Source of the DNA: Dehalococcoidia bacterium
GTDB lineage: Bacteria; Chloroflexota; Dehalococcoidia; Lucifugimonadales; G963668185
DNA length: 64,000 nt
Direction: 5' to 3'
NCBI GenBank assembly: GCA_965261935.1
Contig: OZ253485.1
Location: 536,388 to 600,387, forward strand
Shown: positions 1 through 6,456 of the stretch, one piece after another
How positions within the stretch are numbered: the first letter of the stretch is position 1
How the letters are laid out: each line of letters begins with the position of its first letter
Translations under genes and position numbers: made by a program
The notes under the pieces: generated by a model
The model's input: only the letters and a program-made list of their open reading frames with translations
Databases searched by the model: none
What the model was told of the DNA's origin: nothing

Positions 1-328
1 CCAGGTAGTGGGCGTCGTAGACTGCGCCTTGCTTGAGCTGGCCGGCCAACTCGAGCGCCCTGCGATGAAGATTGGGCGGCTGATGCAGTTCGAGACGCGA
101 CGACAGCAGACTACCGATGAGATCGGCAGCCGCCTCGACACTTAGCTCGCCCTGTGTTATTCGCCTATGGAGAGCGTTAGCCACCTCAAAGGGCATCAGA
201 TAAGGAGCCGCTGGCCTGATGTCTTGACTATCCCAAACCCGAAGAATTGCCAGGGCCTTGTCGGTGTGCTCCTCCCTCACCAGCCACTTGAATGCCACGC
301 TTGCATCAACGACGACGAACTCGCTCAT
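1..328 (-). CDS. vapC: PIN-domain toxin (VapC-like), partial; C-terminus lies beyond the window start
   Basis: Absent from ORF track (no stop in window). Reverse translation from ATG 328-326 gives MSEFVVVDASVAFKWLVREEHTDKALAILRVWDSQDIRPAAPYLMPFEVANAL... The VVDaSV start is the PIN signature. The ATG overlaps the upstream stop (ATGA at 325-328). Confidence 0.75.
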   Translation of the reverse strand, partial: MSEFVVVDASVAFKWLVREEHTDKALAILRVWDSQDIRPAAPYLMPFEVANALHRRITQGELSVEAAADLIGSLLSSRLELHQPPNLHRRALELAGQLKQGAVYDAHYL

Positions 329-627
329 GCCCAGTTCTCGATCTGGGCGTCCCTGATCTCGCGGGCCTCTCGGATGTAGTCAGCCCCGCTTCCAGACAGC
401 ACCCTATCTCCAAAGTACTTCTCTTGGAGCGCTTCGAACCGCTCCGCGTCAGAGAGGGAGGAGGGCAGACCCGTTAGGCCGTTGGCTTCGTCCTTTGTCA
501 ACTCCCGGTCGATGGCGGTCCGGCAATACAGGCGCATGCTGACGCCTTTGAGCGCGGCGATGACCTTCAGGCGCCGCTGAAAGGCGGGGTCTAAGTCCAG
601 GGTGAGTCTCTTCTTCTTGGCTTCCAT
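325..627 (-). CDS. Ribbon-helix-helix antitoxin partner of the PIN toxin (VapB/CopG-like)
   Basis: Internal Met (aa 73) of track ORF 325..843: MEAKKKRLTLDLDPAFQRRLKVIAALKGVSMRLYCRTAIDREL... A GGGAGGGG run lies 7 nt upstream. 4-nt overlap with the toxin start. Confidence 0.6.
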   Translation of the reverse strand: MEAKKKRLTLDLDPAFQRRLKVIAALKGVSMRLYCRTAIDRELTKDEANGLTGLPSSLSDAERFEALQEKYFGDRVLSGSGADYIREAREIRDAQIENWA

Positions 628-662
628 CGCCTGCCCCTCCCGAAGGTGATTTGTCTGAAGCA

Positions 663-692
663 AGAATAGGGCAAACACAGAAAGAGAGTCAA
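663..692 (-). promoter_or_regulatory. Candidate sigma70-type promoter for the toxin-antitoxin pair
   Basis: Minus strand reads TTGACT (692-687), 18-nt spacer, TATTCT (668-663), about 35 nt upstream of the antitoxin ATG. Confidence 0.3.
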
Positions 693-802
693 TAGCCCAT
701 CGGAAAGCGGGCAACAAAAAGGGGCCGCATATATGGACAGGCGGTTGGTCTGATTGTCCCATGCCGGAATCAAGATGCAAGGGCCGGATGCATGGGCAGC
801 TA

Positions 803-837
803 GGGGAGGGCATCGCTCCATAAACGATGCCCTCCCC
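803..837 (-). terminator. Strong hairpin just downstream of the helicase gene
   Basis: Perfect 13-bp stem GGGGAGGGCATCG/CGATGCCCTCCCC with a 9-nt loop, 13 nt after the helicase stop (850-852). No clear U-tract. Confidence 0.45.
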
Positions 838-849
838 TTCCATGACGGC

Positions 850-3216
850 CTAGCGCCCCGCGCCGACCAACTCCTCCTCCCGCTCCTGTTCCACGGTCAG
901 CGCCCACTCGAACATCGAGAGGGTTGCGGGCTGGGGCTTGCTCGTGCGGCCCTTGGGCTTGACCGGCTCCTCGGCCATGAACTCCGCCCAGGAGAACAGC
1001 GACTGCTGCGGCTCCGGGGCCTCGTCGCTGTGGCCGTTCCCGTTGACCTCGACGGCTGCGTGTCCGTTCCCGTTGGCGTGGCGACCGGTGTCCAGGACCA
1101 GCTCGACCGTCGGCCCGATGCCGCCTGCGTGGTGGCCGTTGCCGTTGACCTCGACGGCCTCCGGCTCGACCTCCACCGGCTTCCAGCCGTCGTCCACCAG
1201 GTACTCCTCGGCGCTGGCCTCGGCGTCCCTGGCCTGGGCGAAGACCGCCTCCACCGTCTCCGTCTCGTCCTCCTCCTCGTCGCCGCTGACGATCTTGCGG
1301 GCCAGCGCCATCATCAAATCGTCGCCGTCGTCGCCGTATGCGGCCAGCCCGTCCTCCGGCAGCTCGCCCTCGACGGCGAGGGAACTTTGCAGCTTCTTCG
1401 CCACCAGCTTCAGCGCGTCGGCCTGGAGGGTGTTTCGGTAGGACATGAACACCACCTTCACCGGGCGGGTCTGCCCGATGCGCCACGACCGCCGTGACGC
1501 CTGCCGCATTACGTAGACGCTGTAATCAGTTTCGTACCAGATCAGCGTTGGGAAGTCGATCAAGTCCAACCCCGTCTGCACCAGCCTGGGGTGGCATATC
1601 ATCACGTCGATGCCCTGCTTCACCCTGTCCGCCACCCACGCCTCCCGCCGTTCCGGGGCAACGGCGTCGGCCTTCATCACCGCCACGCGGAACCCGTGCC
1701 GTGTGAGCATGTCGTCCATCCGCTCGGTGATGTCCCGCGTCCCGGTGTGCGTCGCGTAGACCAGCACCCTGCGGCCCTCCATCCGCTCCGCTGCCACCAT
1801 GTCGATGAGGGCCTTCTCCTTGGGGTAGAGCCGCTCCTCGGAGAGGGGCGGCACCTGGACGATCACGTCCCCGCTCCGGGGGTCGAACACCGTCTCCCCC
1901 CTGGTGCAGCCGTCGGGGTAGGCCAACAGGGTTTGCAAGTAGGTCGCCAGCAGCCGCTTCGAGCCAGCCTTGAGAGCCTCCGCCAGCTTCAGCCGCAGCT
2001 CCTCGTACACGGTGTTGTAGGCGCTGCGCTGGGAGTAGCCCGTCGCGTCCTCCTCCGAGTCCATCGAGGACAGCATTACCTGCTCCTCGTAGGGGGGCAG
2101 CCCCGAGGCCACGTCCGCGAGGCGCAGGAAGACGGTGTTGCCGATGATGTGGAAGAGGGCGCTGGGCACGAGTCCCGGCCTCTCTCTGACCACCTTGCGG
2201 TACTTGCGCCGCCTGCTGAACCTCCCGTCCTCCACCGAGTCGTCGTCCGGCTTGCCGACGGTGTGCTCCTCGAAGCCGTACCGCTGAATCCAGCGGTGCT
2301 CATCGGAGCGTCTGAAGTCCGTCCTGATCTCCGGGGAGAACCTGTAGAGCAGGTGGAACAGCGTGCTCGAATACCCGCCCATCAGAGTCCCGGTGAGGCT
2401 GAGGGACTTGCCGCAAACGTCGGCGAGGATGCCCGCGGCGATGCCCTGGGCCGAGCCTCTCCCCTTGAACTCATGCACCTCGTCGCCTATGAGCAGGTCG
2501 AAGAAGCCCTTCATCCGGTGCTTCACGTAGTCGGCCAGAGGGTAGCGGGCGGGGCCGGACTTGTCGGCCTGCCAGAGGGGAGAGCCGCAGTTGGCGCAGG
2601 TGTGCTTGCGGCGGTTCAGGTCCTCGTCGGTGAGGGGAACGCCGTCCTTGTCCACGATCTGAGCCGTGCAGTCGGGGCAGCAGGGCACCCGGAACGGCTC
2701 GCCCGTCTCCTCGTCCCGCAACAGCCTGCCCCTGGAGGTGGCCCACCGCTCGATGACGGCGGGCATCCAGCGGTAGGACAGCTTGGCCTTCTCACGGCTC
2801 ATCACCGCGAACAGGGGGCCGGAGCCGACGGAGAGGCGCAGCCGCTCCAGGTCGGTGATGGACTTGACGACGACGGCGCGTGCGCCGGGCACCGTCATCT
2901 CCACCTCCCGCTTCCACTTGGGCACCAGGTGGGGCGGGCAGAGGACCAGGACCCGCTTGAAGCCCGCCAGATGTGCGGCGGCGGCGGCGATGAAGGTCTT
3001 GCCGGTGCCCATCTCGCCGACGACGGTGGTGCCCCGGTGGGCTTCGAGGGAGAGGGCCGCGCCCCGTATGGCGTCGGCCTGCGCCCCCAGGGGCTTGCGG
3101 AGCAGGCGGGGGAGTCTGTGGCCGTTCTCCGAGGGCCGGTAGAGGGGCGGGTAGGACTCCACCACCCGCTGAGCGATGGCGTCCTTGAATGTGTCGATGA
3201 ACTGTCCGAGGTTCAT
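850..3216 (-). CDS. SNF2/DEAD-like superfamily-2 helicase with an internal C4 zinc finger and an acidic repeat-containing C-terminal tail
   Basis: 788 aa. Walker A GEMGTGKT, motif II LIGDEVHEF, motif VI QASRRSWRIGQ. CPDC...CANC insertion between motifs I and II. AAGGAAGGAG Shine-Dalgarno before the ATG. Confidence 0.85.
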   Translation of the reverse strand: MNLGQFIDTFKDAIAQRVVESYPPLYRPSENGHRLPRLLRKPLGAQADAIRGAALSLEAHRGTTVVGEMGTGKTFIAAAAAHLAGFKRVLVLCPPHLVPKWKREVEMTVPGARAVVVKSITDLERLRLSVGSGPLFAVMSREKAKLSYRWMPAVIERWATSRGRLLRDEETGEPFRVPCCPDCTAQIVDKDGVPLTDEDLNRRKHTCANCGSPLWQADKSGPARYPLADYVKHRMKGFFDLLIGDEVHEFKGRGSAQGIAAGILADVCGKSLSLTGTLMGGYSSTLFHLLYRFSPEIRTDFRRSDEHRWIQRYGFEEHTVGKPDDDSVEDGRFSRRRKYRKVVRERPGLVPSALFHIIGNTVFLRLADVASGLPPYEEQVMLSSMDSEEDATGYSQRSAYNTVYEELRLKLAEALKAGSKRLLATYLQTLLAYPDGCTRGETVFDPRSGDVIVQVPPLSEERLYPKEKALIDMVAAERMEGRRVLVYATHTGTRDITERMDDMLTRHGFRVAVMKADAVAPERREAWVADRVKQGIDVMICHPRLVQTGLDLIDFPTLIWYETDYSVYVMRQASRRSWRIGQTRPVKVVFMSYRNTLQADALKLVAKKLQSSLAVEGELPEDGLAAYGDDGDDLMMALARKIVSGDEEEDETETVEAVFAQARDAEASAEEYLVDDGWKPVEVEPEAVEVNGNGHHAGGIGPTVELVLDTGRHANGNGHAAVEVNGNGHSDEAPEPQQSLFSWAEFMAEEPVKPKGRTSKPQPATLSMFEWALTVEQEREEELVGAGR

Positions 3217-3319
3217 GTCTTTCTCCTTCCTTTATGAGAGTGCTTGGGGTTGGGCGATAGGCGATGCCCCGCCAGTCGATGGGACCAACGGGGCCTCGTG
3301 AGCGGCTCGTGTGAGCCGT
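3217..3319 (-). repeat. Intergenic module, copy 2 (between small Cys protein and helicase)
   Basis: Minus strand: GCAGCATAGACGGCTC..GAGCC..GAGGCCCCG-hairpin-..ATAAAGGAAGGA-ATG. Same order of blocks as 3515-3627. Confidence 0.6.
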
Positions 3320-3514
3320 CTATGCTGCGTTCGGAAGGGACTTCCGCCGGTGCACGTCCTCGTAGCACCTGCCCTTCAGGTGGTAGGACTTCACCGGGGT
3401 GGAGACCGCCCGTCCGCCGATGATGTCCACCGAGGCGGTCTGCATGGCGGGTTCGCCGGGGGCGATGGGCTGCCCGCAGCGGCAGCAGGCTTCCAGCGTC
3501 ATGGTTATCTGCAT
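3320..3514 (-). CDS. Small Cys-rich hypothetical protein (64 aa)
   Basis: Last 64 codons of track ORF 3320..4183: MQITMTLEACCRCGQPIAPGEPAMQTASVDIIGGRAVSTPVKSYHLKGRCYEDVHRRKSLPNAA. ATG at 3514 preceded by AAGGAAGG. Confidence 0.45.
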   Translation of the reverse strand: MQITMTLEACCRCGQPIAPGEPAMQTASVDIIGGRAVSTPVKSYHLKGRCYEDVHRRKSLPNAA

Positions 3515-3627
3515 CTTCACGACCTTCCTTCCTTTATAAGGGTGTTGCGTCCAGACGAAGCGAGGCCCCGCCGTTTCCCCGTAGAGGGATGGCGGGGCCT
3601 TGTGGCGCGGCTCTTGGGGCGAGCCGT
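3515..3627 (-). repeat. Intergenic module, copy 1 (between methyltransferase and small Cys protein)
   Basis: Starts with the same GCAGCATAGACGGCTC (last two Ala codons + TAG + 7 nt) as copy 2. Contains hairpin GGCCCCGCC...GGCGGGGCC and ends in ATAAAGGAAGGA. Confidence 0.6.
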
Positions 3628-4677
3628 CTATGCTGCGATGTCGGTGATCTCTCCGTCGTGCAGGTCCAGGGCGACCACCGTGGTCTTGAGCTTCTCCCGG
3701 TGGACCTCCTTCTCGGGGCTGTCCTCGACCATGACCATCTCCTTGCTGGTGCGGCCCTTGACAAGGATGCGCCGCCCCTCCGCCTCCAGGCAGAGGTTGT
3801 CCAAGAAGCCCGCCGCCACCAGCATCGCCATGTGGCCCCTTCGCAGGGGCATCAGCGGGCGGGTGCGGGTGTCCCTGGCGGGCCAGAGGGTGTCGGTTAT
3901 CTCCGTGCTCGTCCACAGCCCCGACCGCCTGGCCTCGGCAGCAGCCGCGACGGGATCGACGGTGCGGGTGGTGAACAGGATGTCGCCGCTGGGCGTGGTC
4001 TTCGGCGTGAACGGCGGGTACTGTTCGGGGCGCATCGGCTCCGGCTCTCCCACCGCCCACTCCACCGCCCACTCCAGCGCCATGCTCTCGCCGTGGGCGT
4101 CGGGAACGGGGTCGACCTTCCGGTAGGCCATCAACACCACCTGGTCGAAGACCTCTCGCTCCGGGTGCGGGAAGGCCCAGCACCGCATCCGCCCGTAGTG
4201 GGTGGAGAGGTAGCGGGCCGAGACCGCGAGGCGCTGCCTGGGGACGATGAACACCAGCAGCCCGCCCTCGGCCAAGTAGCGCGTGGTCTGGGTCAGGAAG
4301 GCGTGCTCCGTCCGCTTGTCTTCCGAGTCATGGTCATACGGCGGATTCAAAAGGAGCAGCCCGAAGGCCCCGTTCGCTATCGACGTGGCGAACAGGTCGG
4401 AGGCCAGGGCGTGGCCGAGCCGCTTCTCCGCCTCCTCCGCCCGGTCCCGGTGCAGCTCGACGCCGTAGGTCTCGATGGGGATGGCGTTGGGCACGTCCAG
4501 CCGCTGGGCCAGCTGCGCCAGCGCCTCCCCTGCCCCGCAGCAGGGGTCGAGGATGCGGAGGGTCTCCCGGTCCCTGTGGTAGTAGCCGGGGGGGGTGTGA
4601 ATCAGCTCCGCGAGCAGGTCAACGACCCGCTCCGGCGTGGGGTAAAACCCGCCTTTTGCCTGTGCTGCAAGTCTCAT
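3628..4677 (-). CDS. Orphan N6-adenine DNA methyltransferase (class I SAM-dependent, NPPY type)
   Basis: Track ORF 3628..4830 trimmed to Met 52 (MRLAAQAKGGFYPTPERVV...). Motif I ILDPCCGAGEAL, motif IV LLLLNPPYD. The ATG overlaps the upstream stop (ATGA 4674-4677). Confidence 0.8.
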   Translation of the reverse strand: MRLAAQAKGGFYPTPERVVDLLAELIHTPPGYYHRDRETLRILDPCCGAGEALAQLAQRLDVPNAIPIETYGVELHRDRAEEAEKRLGHALASDLFATSIANGAFGLLLLNPPYDHDSEDKRTEHAFLTQTTRYLAEGGLLVFIVPRQRLAVSARYLSTHYGRMRCWAFPHPEREVFDQVVLMAYRKVDPVPDAHGESMALEWAVEWAVGEPEPMRPEQYPPFTPKTTPSGDILFTTRTVDPVAAAAEARRSGLWTSTEITDTLWPARDTRTRPLMPLRRGHMAMLVAAGFLDNLCLEAEGRRILVKGRTSKEMVMVEDSPEKEVHREKLKTTVVALDLHDGEITDIAA

Positions 4678-4943
4678 GTCGTCTCTCCTTTCTCTGTGTC
4701 GTCTGTCGTGTCCGTTGACGGCCCGAACCGGCAGGGTCCGGGGTTGCAGAAGTGGCAGTCCCTTCTCGCCCTGGGGGGCGGCACGTAGTCCTCGACGGTC
4801 GCCGCCTGGAAGATCACCTGGATGCCGCACGAGCCGCAGTGGTAGGTCTCTCCGGTTTGGATGTCCCTGTCAGGCTCCTCGACCTGCGCGAACCGCTCGT
4901 CGCAGTGGGGGCAGGTGAAGAACAGCGTCTGTTCCGTTGGCAT
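4674..4943 (-). CDS. Zinc-ribbon protein (89 aa)
   Basis: MPTEQTLFFTCPHCDERF...YHCGSCGIQV: two CxxC pairs. Translationally coupled to the methyltransferase. Confidence 0.55.
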   Translation of the reverse strand: MPTEQTLFFTCPHCDERFAQVEEPDRDIQTGETYHCGSCGIQVIFQAATVEDYVPPPRARRDCHFCNPGPCRFGPSTDTTDDTEKGETT

Positions 4944-4976
4944 GGTCTCCTCTCCTTTCCTGTGTGTTGCGCCGCC

Positions 4977-5384
4977 TCAGGCGGCGATTGCCATGTCCCT
5001 GTGGCCGGTCTGCACCCCGACCACCTCTCCGACGCCCACGTTGCGCTGGTAGCAGAGCACCTGGTGGGTGTTCAAGCTCTTCGCGCACGCGGTGCAGAAG
5101 GCGGTGATGAGCTCGGCGTGGTTGGAGACGGTCATCCGTCGCACCAGCACGGAGCCGCCCTGGGGCAGGGTGTGGCGGTAGAGCATGACCGAGGGGTCCC
5201 GCTTCTCCGCTTCCGTGGCGGGCCGGTAGAAGTGGGGTTGGCCTGAGCTTGTCAGGTGCGTGGTGTGGTCGTGCTTGCAGTAGCGGCAGGTCGTCCCGTC
5301 AGGGGAGAAGCGCCGCCAGGCGCTCCCGTTCCGGTTCTGCCTGCGCTTGTTCTTGCGCTTGGCCGTCTTCAGCATCCTATCCAT
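4977..5384 (-). CDS. Hypothetical basic/Cys-containing protein (135 aa)
   Basis: C-terminal part of track ORF 4977..5825, from MDRMLKTAKRKNKRRQNRNG... The start overlaps the upstream ORF end (ATGGATAG). No family recognised. Confidence 0.4.
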   Translation of the reverse strand: MDRMLKTAKRKNKRRQNRNGSAWRRFSPDGTTCRYCKHDHTTHLTSSGQPHFYRPATEAEKRDPSVMLYRHTLPQGGSVLVRRMTVSNHAELITAFCTACAKSLNTHQVLCYQRNVGVGEVVGVQTGHRDMAIAA

Positions 5385-5769
5385 CGGAAACCTCCTCAGT
5401 GGGCAGGGTGAGCCAGCCCGACGCCACGGCGTCGGAGAGGTCTTCCCGGAGCTTGTCGGCCTTGGGGGAGCACCGGTAGGCGGAGACGCCCACCGACTGG
5501 AGGGGGACAATCTCCCCTTCGCCCAGGCCCCTCCGCCAGAGCCAGTCCGCCCAGGTGCTGTGCAGGGGAAGCGGGCTGCGCTTGTCGAGGAAGCGGTGGT
5601 GGAGCGCAGGGGCCTCATCCTCGGCCTGCGCCAGCAGGAGGAAGCTGTCCTTCTCGAATCCGTACTCGGCGGTTTTGGTGTCGGGTAGGCCGCCGGCGAG
5701 TTACTCCGTGTTAGCGGAGCACTTTTCCGTCGGCCCCCCTCCGAACCGGACGTGCCACTTTCGCGGCAT
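5377..5769 (-). pseudogene. Hypothetical ORF interrupted by an in-frame TAA
   Basis: ATG 5769: MPRKWHVRFGGGPTEKCSANTE, then TAA (5703-5701). 107 protein-like codons follow (LAGGLPDTKTAEYGFEKDSFLLLAQAEDEAPALHHRFLDK...) with no ATG/GTG/TTG start of their own. Confidence 0.4.
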
Positions 5770-5848
5770 CCGGCTCTCCGGTGTCGGTACAGTTGGTAGT
5801 GTCGTGGGATGTGTGCCTGTGGCACCGTCCGCTTGCGTGAGGGGCCGT

Positions 5849-5866
5849 CAGGCTGCGAGCAGCCTG
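5849..5866 (-). terminator. Tetraloop hairpin directly after the lipoprotein stop
   Basis: CAGGCTG-CGAG-CAGCCTG abutting the TAG at 5867-5869. No U-tract. Confidence 0.35.
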
Positions 5867-6454
5867 CTAACGAGGGGAGTAAGCGTTGGCGATGTGGGTG
5901 TACCCGGTGTCGGTCGCGTTGACATTGGAGTCGATCGTGACATTCGTGGGGTATCCGAACTCACTGTTGTAGCTCACGGTAACCTGCTCTACCTCGTTGG
6001 TGATGGCGTGCTGGATATCGTCGAACAAGCTGTCGATGGTGGGGTAGCTGGGTCCGCCGTCCCACCGCACAGGTGGCTCACCGGACTCTCCGTAGAAACC
6101 GGATTCTGCGTAGACGACTGACTCGATATCCCCGTTCGTGACAGTGATCTTGACGGTCTGTCGCGAGCAGTGGAAGCAGATTGCCTTGTACTCATACGTG
6201 TAGTCGGGTGAACCGGTCTGCTCCCACAAAGTACGGTGCTTGTCCAATTCGACCTGGGCCCGGGCAAGCACAGCCTCTGGCTGGGCCCGGGCAAGCACAG
6301 CCTCTGGGTCTGCATTGTTGCAGGCCAGGACTGCGGTTAGGAGGATTCCGGCAAGGGCCGGAATCACGAGCACGAGTTTAGTGTGCACGCTTTCTGAGCC
6401 TCCGATGCTCTTCCGGTATACAGGTCTACTGTGGCCCATTTTACCACCGGCCAA
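5867..6454 (-). CDS. Putative secreted lipoprotein
   Basis: Signal peptide with lipobox ...LLTAVLAC. In-frame PEAVLARAQ x2 duplication. Exact start uncertain (Met 1 or Met 6). An IS end lies 2 nt from the ORF start. Confidence 0.6.
   Translation of the reverse strand: MAGGKMGHSRPVYRKSIGGSESVHTKLVLVIPALAGILLTAVLACNNADPEAVLARAQPEAVLARAQVELDKHRTLWEQTGSPDYTYEYKAICFHCSRQTVKITVTNGDIESVVYAESGFYGESGEPPVRWDGGPSYPTIDSLFDDIQHAITNEVEQVTVSYNSEFGYPTNVTIDSNVNATDTGYTHIANAYSPR
6254..6307. repeat. Perfect 27-bp tandem duplication inside the lipoprotein gene
   Basis: CTGGGCCCGGGCAAGCACAGCCTCTGG at 6254-6280 and again at 6281-6307. Confidence 0.9.
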
Positions 6455-6456
6455 TC

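Noticed and set aside
800-1486. Minus-strand ORF 800..1486 (228 aa, RGG-rich) and other out-of-frame ORFs over the helicase 3' end
   Set aside because: Out of frame with the motif-bearing helicase ORF. The composition (runs of R, G and P) is not protein-like.
754-4788. Long plus-strand ORFs (754..1497, 1591..3237, 3311..4126, 3589..4788) opposite the helicase and methyltransferase genes
   Set aside because: Their translations are Arg/Gly/Pro/His-rich low-complexity strings typical of antisense shadow ORFs in GC-rich DNA. The minus-strand products carry clear helicase and methyltransferase motifs.
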